From the NCBI GenBank assembly GCA_020247305.1, contig JADCJE010000008.1, positions 157,016-221,015 of the forward strand: 64,000 nt of DNA. The letters are read 5' to 3'. A program made the translations under genes and the position numbers. This document shows positions 1 through 10,178 of this stretch, one piece after another (position 1 is the stretch's first letter; every line of letters begins with the position of its first letter). This DNA is from Phycisphaerales bacterium (GTDB lineage Bacteria; Planctomycetota; UBA1135; UBA2386). A model generated the notes under the pieces. That model made no database searches and was not told the origin of the DNA. It worked only from the letters and a program-made list of their open reading frames with translations.

Positions 1-376
1 CCTTCAGCAGGGAGGCCGCCAGCGCCACGTCGTCGACGCCCGCCGGCGCGGGCACGAGGCGCCACGCCGGCACGTTGCGGGCCGCGGCATAGCTGCCCGG
101 CGGCACGCCGCCGGCATAGGCGACGCGGCCGCCGATTGCGACGCCGTGCACGCCCTCGCCCACCGCTTCGACGCGGCCGACGCCCTCGCTGCCGAGCCCG
201 TGCGGCAGCGTCGGCAACGGGTAGAGCCCGCTGCGGTGGCAGCAGTCGACGAAGTTGACGCCGATCGCGGTGTGCGCGACGCGCACCTCACCGCGCGCCG
301 GCGGCGGCAGGTCGATGTCGTCGAGCGCCAGGACCTCCGGGCCGCCGGTGCGGTGCATGCGGATCGCGCGCGTCAT
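1..376 (-). CDS. NADPH:quinone oxidoreductase (zeta-crystallin / MDR family), N-terminal part, truncated by window edge
   Basis: Reverse translation from ATG at 376 reads MTRAIRMHRTGGPEVLALDDIDLPPPARGEVRVAHTAIGVNFVDCCHRSGLYPLP...GLGSEGVGRVEAVGEGV...LLK, the typical Qor N-terminus. It is absent from the ORF track because it runs off the window. Confidence 0.8.
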   Translation of the reverse strand, partial: MTRAIRMHRTGGPEVLALDDIDLPPPARGEVRVAHTAIGVNFVDCCHRSGLYPLPTLPHGLGSEGVGRVEAVGEGVHGVAIGGRVAYAGGVPPGSYAAARNVPAWRLVPAPAGVDDVALAASLLK

Positions 377-532
377 GGCGGTGCGATATCCGATCGCGGC
401 GCTCCGGGCGAGCCAAGCTCACGGCGGCGCCGTACGAGCGCTACGGGATCAGGACGCGACGCGGCGCGAGGCGGCGGCCCGCGCCCGCCGCGCGCTTCCG
501 TCGCCGCCGCGCCCGCCGTAGCGTCGCTGGCC

Positions 533-1768
533 GTGGACCTCCCGCTCGTGGTCTTCGCCGCCGTGTACGCGGTGATGCTGCTCGGCCGCGCGCCGGGCCT
601 CGCCCTCGACCGCTCCGGCGCGGCGGTCGTCGGCGCGACGACGCTGCTGCTCGGCGGCGCGCTGCCGAGCGCGGCCGCGTGGCAGGCGATCGACTTCGGC
701 ACGCTCGGGCTGCTGCTCGGCATGATGCTGGTGTCGGCGCAGTTCGTGCACAGCGGCTTCTACGCGCGCGCCACGGCGCGGCTGGCGGCGCGGCCGACGT
801 CGCCCGAGCGGCTGCTCGGCGAACTCGTCGCCGTCGTCGGCGCGCTGTCGGCGCTGCTGACCAACGACGTCGTCTGCGTCGCGTTCGCGCCGCCGCTCAT
901 CGACGTCTGCACGCGCCGCGGGCTCGATCCGGTGCCCTACCTGCTGGCGCTGTGCGGCGCCGCCAACGTCGGCTCGGCGGCGACGCTGATCGGCAACCCG
1001 CAGAACATGCTGATCGGGCAGCAGAAGGCGCTGTCGTTCACCGGGTACCTGCTGGACGGCGGCGTGCCGGCCGCGCTCGGTCTCGCGGTCGTCTGGCTCG
1101 TGCTCGCGCGCGCCTACCGCGGGCGCTTCGTGCGCACGCTGCCGAGCAGTCCCGACGGCGGTGCGCCGTTTGCGCGCTGGCAGACCAGCAAGGGCTTCGC
1201 CGTGCTCGCCGCGCTGGTCGCAGCGCTGCTTGCCACCGACGTGCCGCGCGAAGTGCTGGCCCTCGCCGCCGGCGCGCTGCTGCTGGTGTCGCGCACGACG
1301 ACGAGCCGCGCGCTGCTGGCCGAGGTCGACGGCGGCCTGCTGCTGCTCTTCGCCGGCCTCTTCGTGTGCAACGCGGCCTTCGCGCAGGCCGGCCATGCCG
1401 CCGCGGCGTTCGCTTGGCTGCGCAGCCACGGCGTCGACGTCGGCGACGCCGCGACGCTGTTCGGCGTCAGCGTGCTCGGCAGCAACCTCGTGTCGAACGT
1501 GCCGCTGACCATGCTGCTGCTGCCGGCGACGGCGCATCCGCTCGCCGGCCCGATCCTGGCGTTGGCGACGACGCTCGCCGGCAACCTGCTGCTGGTCGGT
1601 TCGATCGCCAACCTCATCGTCGTCGAAGCCGCCGCGCGGCGCGGCATCGCGCCGATCGGCCGCTCGTGGGCCGGCGAGCACTGGCGCACCGGCGTGCCGA
1701 TCACGCTGACGACGCTGGCGCTCGCCGCCGGCTGGTTGTGGCTGCGCCACGGCCTGCTGGCCGGTTGA
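533..1768 (+). CDS. ArsB/NhaD-superfamily anion permease (CitMHS/SLC13-like)
   Basis: The C-terminal ~410 aa of ORF 146..1768 is polytopic membrane protein, with motifs LLTNDVVCVAFAPPL, GSAATLIGNPQNMLIG and GSNLVSNVP. The upstream 129 codons are Arg-rich and non-membrane. GTG at 533 is the only in-frame start before the first TM helix. Confidence 0.75.
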   Translation: MDLPLVVFAAVYAVMLLGRAPGLALDRSGAAVVGATTLLLGGALPSAAAWQAIDFGTLGLLLGMMLVSAQFVHSGFYARATARLAARPTSPERLLGELVAVVGALSALLTNDVVCVAFAPPLIDVCTRRGLDPVPYLLALCGAANVGSAATLIGNPQNMLIGQQKALSFTGYLLDGGVPAALGLAVVWLVLARAYRGRFVRTLPSSPDGGAPFARWQTSKGFAVLAALVAALLATDVPREVLALAAGALLLVSRTTTSRALLAEVDGGLLLLFAGLFVCNAAFAQAGHAAAAFAWLRSHGVDVGDAATLFGVSVLGSNLVSNVPLTMLLLPATAHPLAGPILALATTLAGNLLLVGSIANLIVVEAAARRGIAPIGRSWAGEHWRTGVPITLTTLALAAGWLWLRHGLLAG

Positions 1769-1793
1769 ACGGCGGTGCGGCACGATCTGCGCC

Positions 1794-2918
1794 ATGCGCG
1801 CGTCGCTGGTCGTGATCGCCTTGGTCCTCGTCGTCGCCCTCGGCTTCTGGCTCGTGGGCGCCCCTGCGCCCGTGACGCCCCCCGACGCCGGCGGCGGCGC
1901 GACCGCGCCAGCACCCGTGCCGACGCCAGCGCCCGCGCAGGGCGGCAACCGCACCGAAGTCGACGCGCCGACGCCGCCGGTGGCGACGGCGCCGCCACCG
2001 GTGACGCCAGCGCCGCCGACGCCGCCCGTCATGGCCGCGGAACCCAACGTTCGGTTGACGGTGCGCGACATGGTCAGCCGGCAACCGGTCGCCGCCTTCC
2101 GCTGGCGCTTCCAGAACAGCCGCGTCAGGTCGAAGGGCGAAGGCGTCGACGGCAAGGCGGCGCTGACGCTCGAAGCGTCCGCCGTCGGCACGCTGCTCGT
2201 CGAGGCCGAAGGCCTGCAACCGCTGACCAAGGACGGCGTCATCGTGCCGACGCCGCCAGCACCGGCGCTGGCGCTCGACCTGTTCCTGGCGCCGCAGGGC
2301 GAAGCCACCGGCATCACGCTGATGGTGCACGACCTCGCGCTGCAGCCGCTCGCGCGCGTGCGCGTCGATGCGTTCCGGCTCGCCGATCCGCAGGCCGCCG
2401 ACTGGCACCTCGGCCCGGCGCTGTGGGCGCGCATGGCCGAGAACACGGACGGCCGCTACGCGCTGCCGCCGCTCGAACCGGCGAGCTACGGCCTGCAGGT
2501 CGTCGCGGTCGACGGCAACGGCGAACCGCTGCCGCTGCTGCCCTACCGCCGCGTGTTCGAGATCACCGGCAGCAACGGCTTCATCGACGACGTCCCGCTC
2601 GAGCCCGCCGCGCTGCTCGGCCTGGAGATCGTCGACAGCGCCGGCCAGGGTTTCGACCCGGCCAAGCACGGCACGACGCGGCTCAGCCTGCACTTCGCCG
2701 GCGCACCGCACGTGGCGCGCAAGTGGGTCGCGCGCCAAGGGACCGCCGCGGCCACCGCCGTCGACGTGCTGCCCGGCGTCGGCCGCGCGGAACTGGCCAC
2801 CGGCGTGCCGCCGGGTCCCTACGAACTCGAAGTCACCGTGCAGGGCGCCCTGCGCACCAAGCAACCGTTGTTCCTGCGCCCGGGCATCAAGAACGAAGAG
2901 CGCATCGTCGTGCCGTGA
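1794..2918 (+). CDS. hypothetical protein: N-terminal membrane anchor, Pro/Ala-rich linker, beta-rich ectodomain
   Basis: ORF 1794..2918. It has an N-terminal hydrophobic helix MRASLVVIALVLVVALGFWLV followed by a PAPVPTPAPA linker. Composition is non-artefactual (balanced D/E/K, aromatic residues). Confidence 0.6.
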   Translation: MRASLVVIALVLVVALGFWLVGAPAPVTPPDAGGGATAPAPVPTPAPAQGGNRTEVDAPTPPVATAPPPVTPAPPTPPVMAAEPNVRLTVRDMVSRQPVAAFRWRFQNSRVRSKGEGVDGKAALTLEASAVGTLLVEAEGLQPLTKDGVIVPTPPAPALALDLFLAPQGEATGITLMVHDLALQPLARVRVDAFRLADPQAADWHLGPALWARMAENTDGRYALPPLEPASYGLQVVAVDGNGEPLPLLPYRRVFEITGSNGFIDDVPLEPAALLGLEIVDSAGQGFDPAKHGTTRLSLHFAGAPHVARKWVARQGTAAATAVDVLPGVGRAELATGVPPGPYELEVTVQGALRTKQPLFLRPGIKNEERIVVP

Positions 2919-2948
2919 GACTGCCGGCGCCGCGCGCCCACCGCGCGG

Positions 2949-3818
2949 TCACTTCAGGTCGAAGCCGCCGGTGCGGCGTATCTCGCCGTCGAAGCCGAGC
3001 ACGGCCGCGCAGGCGGCGATGACGCACAGGTCGACCCAAGCCAGCGGGTGGCCGTCGCCACCCGCTGCCCACATCGCCAGCAGATGCGCGACGAAGAGGC
3101 ACGCCATGGCCGACAGCGGGTCCATGAAACGGTCCGGGCGCGTGTGTCGCCACCAGAGGCCGCAACAGACGCCGGCCCCGATCGTCGCGTGCCAGTAGGC
3201 CCCGGTGCCGGCGAAGATCGTCGCCACGCTGCAGGCGACCGCGGCGACGAAGCGGCGGTTGCGCTGACTGCTCTGCATGAGCACGCGCTTGCCACCGCGG
3301 GCACGGCGCTGCTGCCACTGGGCGCGCAAGCGCTCCTGCTCCGCCGGCGGCAGGCGCTGGAACCACTCGGACGTGGCGGCCGCGGCTTCGGGATCGACTT
3401 CGCCCGCATCGGCGGCTTCGGCGGCCGCGCCGGCCAGCAGTGCAACGGGCGTCGACGCGGCCGCGGGCGCGGCAGCAGCAGCCCACTCGCCGCGGCGCAG
3501 GACCACGGTCGTGGCGGGCGCATCGTCTGCGGCGGCGGCGGCGGCGGCGCGGTCAGCGCTCTTCCCGCCGGCGCTCGCCGGCGCCACGGGCGCGGCCTCG
3601 CCGGGACTCCACGCCGTCGCGCAGTACCCTTCGCGCGGCGGCGGGCCGCCGGTCGGGCCGATCGGCAGCGGCTTGCGCGGCAGCGGTGGCGGCGGCGTCC
3701 AGTCCGTGCGCGGCGGCGGCGGTCGCTGGCCCTCGACGACCTCGCCAGCGCGGTCGCTCCACAACGCCGCCGGCGGCAGCGGGGCCCACGGATCGTCGTC
3801 GTCGCTCGGCGCAGCCAT
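2949..3818 (-). CDS. hypothetical protein: Pro-rich cytoplasmic N-terminus, C-terminal multi-TM region
   Basis: From the internal Met (MAAPSDDDDPW) of ORF 2949..3968. The C-terminus has hydrophobic helices (FVAAVACSVATIFAGTG, GAGVCCGLWW, AMACLFVAHLLAMWAA, VDLCVIAACAAVLGF). The upstream 50 codons are Arg-rich and look non-coding. Confidence 0.5.
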   Translation of the reverse strand: MAAPSDDDDPWAPLPPAALWSDRAGEVVEGQRPPPPRTDWTPPPPLPRKPLPIGPTGGPPPREGYCATAWSPGEAAPVAPASAGGKSADRAAAAAAADDAPATTVVLRRGEWAAAAAPAAASTPVALLAGAAAEAADAGEVDPEAAAATSEWFQRLPPAEQERLRAQWQQRRARGGKRVLMQSSQRNRRFVAAVACSVATIFAGTGAYWHATIGAGVCCGLWWRHTRPDRFMDPLSAMACLFVAHLLAMWAAGGDGHPLAWVDLCVIAACAAVLGFDGEIRRTGGFDLK

Positions 3819-3946
3819 CGAAGTGTCCGTCGTATCGGCGTCCGCACCACGCCAGCGCCAAGGCCGGCGGATCCTGCCATGCCAGCGCGACTGCGGGCCA
3901 CGGCGACGGGACTTGGCGGCCACCGCGCCGCGCCTACGTTGGTCGC

Positions 3947-4420
3947 ATGCTCGCGTTCGCCCCCACACCGAGCCCGCCCCGCCGCCCGGCGCCGGACGGC
4001 GCGTTCTGGCGGCGCGTGCTGCTCGCGAGCGCGGCGGCGGCGGCGGTGGCGACCACGCAACCCTGGGTCGCAGTGCAGTTCGGACGGCTCTTCGGCCACC
4101 ACCTCGGTCCGCCGGGTTGGCAGTCGAACGCCGGGTTCACCTGCCTTTGCACCTGCCTGCTCGTCGCCATGCTCGCCGTCGCGGAGACCAGGGCGAAGAG
4201 CACGCGGGAAGCCACCCGTCCGGCGAGCGCGTTCCTGACCGCCTTGTGCGCGATCGCGCTCGCCGTCGAGTGGGGCGCCGGACCCGGCCAACTGCGCGGC
4301 GTCTCGGCGACCTGGACGGCCGCCTTCTGGCTGGCGGCGGTCAGCGTGCCCGCACTGCTCATCGCCTGCCTTGCGCGCTGCCCGCGCAACCCTTCGCACG
4401 GCGCGGCGGAAGCGACGTAA
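3947..4420 (+). CDS. hypothetical small membrane protein (about 4 TM)
   Basis: Tail of ORF 3440..4420 from MLAFAPTP. It has hydrophobic segments (VLLASAAAAAVATT, FTCLCTCLLVAMLAVA, FLTALCAIALAVEW, AAFWLAAVSVPALLIACLA). The preceding 169 codons are Arg/Ala junk. Confidence 0.45.
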   Translation: MLAFAPTPSPPRRPAPDGAFWRRVLLASAAAAAVATTQPWVAVQFGRLFGHHLGPPGWQSNAGFTCLCTCLLVAMLAVAETRAKSTREATRPASAFLTALCAIALAVEWGAGPGQLRGVSATWTAAFWLAAVSVPALLIACLARCPRNPSHGAAEAT

Positions 4421-4492
4421 CGCGACTGCAACTGCTTGGGATGGACCGACTTTGCATTGGCCTGCCCGCGGCGCACGTCGCTTGCTGAGGCG

Positions 4493-5917
4493 ATGTCCTA
4501 CGCCTTGCCCATGCGCCGTGCACTTCCCCTGTTCGTCACCATCGCCATCGCTGGCGCGGAAACGGTCGCCGCCCAGACGTGGACGCTGCAGACGCCGCCG
4601 CCGTACCCGACGACGCTGTCGCGCCGCACCGGCGGCATCGCGTGGCATCCCGCCGCGGGCGGTGTCGTGATGTACGGCGGCCTGCAGTCGGGCCCGACCC
4701 TCGTGCTCAACGACACGTGGTTGTGGAACGGCATCGCCTGGACGCAGCTGACGCCGGTCACCACGCCGCCGCCGCGCTGGGGCCACCGCATGGTCTACGA
4801 CAGCCGCCGCGGCCGCATCGTCACGTTCGGCGGCCGCTCGCCGACCACGACGGCGACGGCCAACGACACCTGGGAGTTCGACGGCCAGGATTGGCAGCGG
4901 GTGTTCCCGACGGCCTCGCCGACGGCGCGCGCGTTCTACAGCATGGCCTACGACGAACGCCGCGGTCAGGTGGTGATGTACGGCGTGCAGAGCGGATCTG
5001 CGGTGGCCGGCGGCAACCAGACGTGGCTGTACAACGGCACGACGTGGACGCAGGCGACGCCCGCGACCGTGCCGCCCGGCCTGGAAACGCCGGCGATGGC
5101 GTACGACAAGGGCCGCGGCGTCGTCGTCATGTTCGGCGGGTTCAACGGCACGCCGCCCGGCACCGACTACCGCACCACGTACGAGTGGGACGGCGGCAAC
5201 TGGACGCTGAAGCCGACAGCCAACGCGCCGCTGACGGGATACCGCACCGGCATGGTCTACGACGAGGCCCGCGGCCGCATGGTGCTCTACGGCGGCTTCG
5301 CCGGCGGCGCGGTGCAGCAGAAGACCTGGGAGTACGACGGCAACGACTGGACGCAGGTCGGCGCCGGCGGTCCCGGCCGCATCAGCGAGGGCTACATGGC
5401 CTACGTGCCCACCACCGGCCAGACCGTCTACTTCGGCGGCAGCGGCCCGGCGGTCGCCGGCACCGTGAACAACGAGACCTGGACGTACAGCGGCCCGACG
5501 AACGCGATCGCCAGCAAGTACGGCACGGGCTGCGCGACCAGCGCCGGCGTGCCGGACTTCGCCCCCGCGACAACGCCGGTGCTCGGCAGCAACTACGGCC
5601 TGACGCTGACCGGCGCCCCCGCTGCGTCGATCGCGGTGGTCGTGCACGGCCTCGACAACCTGGAGTTCGTCTCCGGCACCTACCTGCCGTTCGACTTGAC
5701 GCCGGCCGGCATCGCCGGCTGCCGCCTGGAAGTGCGCCCGGACGTGACCGCGGCCGAGTTGCCGATTGGCGGCACGTTCACCCACGTGATCACCGTGCCG
5801 GCCAACCCGGCGCTGACCGGCCTCGGCCTGTGGTCGCAGGCGATCGTGCTCGACGCCGCGGCGCCGAACGGCTTCGCCGGCATCAGCAACGGCGTGCACG
5901 GCGTGCTCGGCAGCTGA
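4493..5917 (+). CDS. secreted Kelch-repeat beta-propeller protein with an uncharacterised C-terminal domain
   Basis: A signal peptide (MRRALPLFVTIAIAGAETVAAQ) is followed by six repeats of roughly 50 aa. Each ends in a W-rich motif: NDTWLWNGIAWTQ, NDTWEFDGQDWQR, NQTWLYNGTTWTQ, TTYEWDGGNWTL, QKTWEYDGNDWTQ, NETWTYSG. Each also has the GG doublet (VMYGG, VTFGG, VMFGG, VLYGG, VYFGG). The alternative start is 4511. Confidence 0.8.
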   Translation: MSYALPMRRALPLFVTIAIAGAETVAAQTWTLQTPPPYPTTLSRRTGGIAWHPAAGGVVMYGGLQSGPTLVLNDTWLWNGIAWTQLTPVTTPPPRWGHRMVYDSRRGRIVTFGGRSPTTTATANDTWEFDGQDWQRVFPTASPTARAFYSMAYDERRGQVVMYGVQSGSAVAGGNQTWLYNGTTWTQATPATVPPGLETPAMAYDKGRGVVVMFGGFNGTPPGTDYRTTYEWDGGNWTLKPTANAPLTGYRTGMVYDEARGRMVLYGGFAGGAVQQKTWEYDGNDWTQVGAGGPGRISEGYMAYVPTTGQTVYFGGSGPAVAGTVNNETWTYSGPTNAIASKYGTGCATSAGVPDFAPATTPVLGSNYGLTLTGAPAASIAVVVHGLDNLEFVSGTYLPFDLTPAGIAGCRLEVRPDVTAAELPIGGTFTHVITVPANPALTGLGLWSQAIVLDAAAPNGFAGISNGVHGVLGS

Positions 5918-5946
5918 ACCCAGGGACCAACGGCCGGCTCCGCCTC

Positions 5947-5978
5947 GTTGGCCCCAGTCGGTGTTGGCCCCAGTCGGT
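5947..5978. repeat. perfect 16-bp tandem duplication (gttggccccagtcggt x2) in a convergent intergenic region
   Basis: Read directly: 5947..5962 and 5963..5978 are identical. Confidence 0.9.
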
Positions 5979-6005
5979 CGCGATTGCGGCCGCCGAGGCT
6001 TGCGG

Positions 6006-6029
6006 GACGGTCCGCCGCGGCGGACCGTC
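6006..6029. terminator. perfect 24-nt GC palindrome (gacggtccgccgcggcggaccgtc), candidate bidirectional terminator hairpin
   Basis: The sequence is self-complementary. It sits between the stop of the Kelch gene (5917, +) and the stop of the aconitase-family gene (6037, -). There is no U-tract. Confidence 0.35.
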
Positions 6030-6036
6030 TGGCCGC

Positions 6037-8001
6037 TCACAACTCCTCGGGGCCGCCGACGTAGCCGAGGAACGCGCTCGCGACGACTACGTACGGGCTC
6101 GCGAGGTAGACCTGCCCCGGGCCCGAACGGCCGGGGAAGTTGCGGTTGATCGCCGACACGGTGACCTCGTCCGGCGTGAACGACACGCCGGGGCCGGCCT
6201 TGATGCAGGCGCCGCAGCTCGGGTCGATCAGCTCGACGCCGGCCGATTCGAACAACTGCACGTAGCCCATCTTCTCGGCGTAGTCGCGGATGCGCTGGCT
6301 GCCGAACTGGATGTAGGTCTTGGCCTGCAGCGACCGGCCCTTGTCGAGCGCCTTGCGCACGACCTCGGCGTACATGTCCATGTCCGCCTTCTTGCCGCCG
6401 GTGCACGAGCCGCCGTAGGCGATGTGCACCTTGTGCTGGCCCTTCTGGCGCAGCGTGTGCAGCGGCACGCCGTTGCGCGGGTCGCCGGGCGTCGCGACCG
6501 TCGGCTCGACCTGCGCAAGGTCGATGTCGAAGGTCTTGCAGTACGAAGCGCCGGCATCGGCCACGACGATCTGGCTGCGCAGACGCGCGCGGTCGGCGCC
6601 GCGCTGGTTGGCGATGTACTCCACCACCACCTCGTCGGCCTCGATGATGCCAGTGAAGCCGCCGGCCTCGACCGCCATGTTGGTCAACGTCGCGCGCTCG
6701 TCGAGCGACATCGCCATCGTGCCCGCGCCGCCGAACTCCAGGACCTTGCCGATGCCGGCGCCGGTCTTGAAGAACTCGTCGCTGAGCAGGTGCAGCATGA
6801 CGTCCTTGGCGCACACGCCCGGACGCAGCGCGCCGCGCAGGTTCACGCGCACCGACTCCGGCACCTTGACGCGCACGTCCTTGGTGAACCAGCTGTTCGC
6901 CATGTCGGTCGAGCCGACGCCGAAGGCGAAGCACCCGATCGCGCCCGCCATGCAGGTGTGGCTGTCGGTGCCGATCACCAGCTGACCCGGCTCGGCGATG
7001 TCCTCGATGACGATGTTGTGGCAGATGCCCTCGCTGCCGACGAGCTGGCCGTCGCGATGGACCTCGCCGTAGAGCTTGATGCCCTGCTTCTTGGTGAACG
7101 CCTCCTGCACGGTGGCCAGCGAGGCCGCCTGCTCCTTGAGCCCCATCTTGACGTGGGCCTCGGGCATGATGCGGTCGAGGAACGTCAGGTGGTCGCGGAA
7201 GGCGAACACCGACGCCGGGTCGGTGATCTTCGCGCCTTCGCCAAGGCCCATGCGGAACAGCGCCTCGGCCATCGGCGTGACGTACTCGTGGCTGAAGCGC
7301 ACGTCGGTGCGCACGAACAGCGCGTCGCCGGGCTGCACCGCCGGGATGCCGGTGCGGCCGGTCTTGGCGTCGGCGATGGCGCGCTGGGCGATGATCTTCT
7401 CGCACAGGGTCATCGGCCGCGCCGCGGTGGCGACCGCCGGCGGGACCGTCGCGCCCTGCAGGCGCGCCTGGTTGTAGGCGAAGAGCCCGCCGTGGCGGAC
7501 GATCTCGGCGGCGATCGGGTCGAGGCCCTTGGTGAACTCCTCGATCGGGATCGCCTCGCCGCGCTCGATGCGCGGCAGCAGAGAGAAGTTGGTCGACGTC
7601 AGCAGGCCGATGTTCTGACAGTTCTGGCCGTAGATCTTCTCGATGTTCTTGGCGATCACGAGCCGGATGCCGGCCTTGAGCTCGCTGTACGGCGCCGTCT
7701 CGCGCGAGCTGCCGCAGCCCTTGCTGACGCCCGAGACGATGACCGAGAAGCCGCCGTTCTTGATCGCGTCCTGCTTGACGTTGCCGCCGCGCAGGCCGAC
7801 GAGGCAGTACCGCGCCAGCGTCTCGTCATAGTAGTAGCAGACCCAGCCCGGCGTCAGCTCGTCGGTCGAGATGTTGTCGATCAGCTTGCGCGCCGGGTCG
7901 TAGCCCAGCTTGTCGTGGCCGTAGAGCTGCGCCTTGAGCTGCTCCTGGTCCTCGCTGAGGTGCAGCACGCGGCCGGGGAACGTCACCGTCTTGGACTGCA
8001 T
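6037..8001 (-). CDS. aconitase-superfamily hydro-lyase with swivel (LeuD-like) domain N-terminal to the Fe-S catalytic (LeuC-like) domains
   Basis: The N-terminal ~190 aa carries the small-subunit signature SKGCGSSRETAP. The remainder carries GTDSHTCMAG, GGSCTGG and PSCGACIKAG (three Cys cluster ligands). Total length is 654 aa. Confidence 0.9.
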   Translation of the reverse strand: MQSKTVTFPGRVLHLSEDQEQLKAQLYGHDKLGYDPARKLIDNISTDELTPGWVCYYYDETLARYCLVGLRGGNVKQDAIKNGGFSVIVSGVSKGCGSSRETAPYSELKAGIRLVIAKNIEKIYGQNCQNIGLLTSTNFSLLPRIERGEAIPIEEFTKGLDPIAAEIVRHGGLFAYNQARLQGATVPPAVATAARPMTLCEKIIAQRAIADAKTGRTGIPAVQPGDALFVRTDVRFSHEYVTPMAEALFRMGLGEGAKITDPASVFAFRDHLTFLDRIMPEAHVKMGLKEQAASLATVQEAFTKKQGIKLYGEVHRDGQLVGSEGICHNIVIEDIAEPGQLVIGTDSHTCMAGAIGCFAFGVGSTDMANSWFTKDVRVKVPESVRVNLRGALRPGVCAKDVMLHLLSDEFFKTGAGIGKVLEFGGAGTMAMSLDERATLTNMAVEAGGFTGIIEADEVVVEYIANQRGADRARLRSQIVVADAGASYCKTFDIDLAQVEPTVATPGDPRNGVPLHTLRQKGQHKVHIAYGGSCTGGKKADMDMYAEVVRKALDKGRSLQAKTYIQFGSQRIRDYAEKMGYVQLFESAGVELIDPSCGACIKAGPGVSFTPDEVTVSAINRNFPGRSGPGQVYLASPYVVVASAFLGYVGGPEEL

Positions 8002-8008
8002 GGCGGCC

Positions 8009-9208
<1,200 letters not shown>

Positions 9209-9294
9209 CCGCAGAGCATCGAACAACGGTCCGACGGGCGCAAGTTCGGCGTCAGCAGCGCCCCGTCTGGGCGGGGCGCACGGCGCGCCGTACC

Positions 9295-10152
9295 ATGCGC
9301 CGCATGCGGAATTCCTGGCGATCCCTCGTGGCGGGAGCATTCGCGCTCGCCGGCGCGGCCTGCGGCAATCTCAACATCTACAGCGACGACCAGCTCGAAC
9401 CGCTGAGCGTGCAGGCCTACGAGGAGGCGACCAAGGAGACCAAGGGCGTCATCACCAGCGGACCGCAGTACGAAATGGTGCAGCGCGTGGCGAAGAAGAT
9501 CGCCGCCGCCTCGGGCGAGACGAAGTTCCCGTGGGAAGCGCGGCTGCTGAAGGCCGACGACGTGCCCAACGCCTTCTGCCTGCCCAACGGTCGCATCGCC
9601 ATCTACACCGGCATCCTGCCGGTGACGCAGAACGAGGACGGCCTCGCCATCGTCATGGGCCACGAGGTCGCGCACGCGATCCTGCGCCACGGCGGCAAGC
9701 GCATGACGCAGGGCACGTTCAGCGAGTTCACGATGGCCGCCGCGCAAGCGGGTCTCGACCTCACCAAGATGAGCGGCGAGGCGAAGGCGGGCACCATGGC
9801 CGTGCTCGGCATGGGCGCGCAGGTCGGCGTGCTGCTGCCGTACAGCCGCGACCACGAGTCCGAGGCCGACATCGAGGGCCTGCGCTACGCCGTCCGCGCC
9901 GGCTACGACCCCAACGAAGCGCCGAAGCTGTGGGAGCGCATGGCCGCGCTCGGCGGCGGCGACACGCCGGAGTGGCTCAGCACCCACCCCGCGTCGGCGG
10001 CGCGCGCGAAGAAGCTGCGCGAGATGATCCCGGTGATCGTCGAGCAGGAGAAGGGCTGGCAGGCCGCCCCGGCGCCGTCGGCGCCGACCAAGAAGGTCGC
10101 GCCCGGTGCAATCAAGACCGGCGCGACGAAGGCCGGCGCGACGAAGCAGTGA
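9295..10152 (+). CDS. M48-family zinc metalloprotease lipoprotein
   Basis: Lipobox FALAGAAC, HEVAH zinc motif, downstream ESEAD, and a C-terminal Lys/Ala/Thr-rich tail. Confidence 0.9.
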   Translation: MRRMRNSWRSLVAGAFALAGAACGNLNIYSDDQLEPLSVQAYEEATKETKGVITSGPQYEMVQRVAKKIAAASGETKFPWEARLLKADDVPNAFCLPNGRIAIYTGILPVTQNEDGLAIVMGHEVAHAILRHGGKRMTQGTFSEFTMAAAQAGLDLTKMSGEAKAGTMAVLGMGAQVGVLLPYSRDHESEADIEGLRYAVRAGYDPNEAPKLWERMAALGGGDTPEWLSTHPASAARAKKLREMIPVIVEQEKGWQAAPAPSAPTKKVAPGAIKTGATKAGATKQ

Positions 10153-10178
10153 GCGCGCCGCTGCGCTGACGACGGACC

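Noticed and set aside
449-2446. 665-aa minus-strand ORF antisense to the ArsB/NhaD permease
   Set aside because: It is an Arg-rich low-information sequence. The plus-strand frame encodes a coherent polytopic membrane protein.
2954-7405. 1483-aa ORF on the minus strand, the longest in the track
   Set aside because: It is extremely Arg/Ala/Gly/Pro-rich with no recognisable domains. It spans and is out of frame or antisense to the hypothetical membrane gene, the Kelch gene and the aconitase-family gene, all of which have clear motifs. This is typical stop-codon-free read-through in GC-rich DNA.
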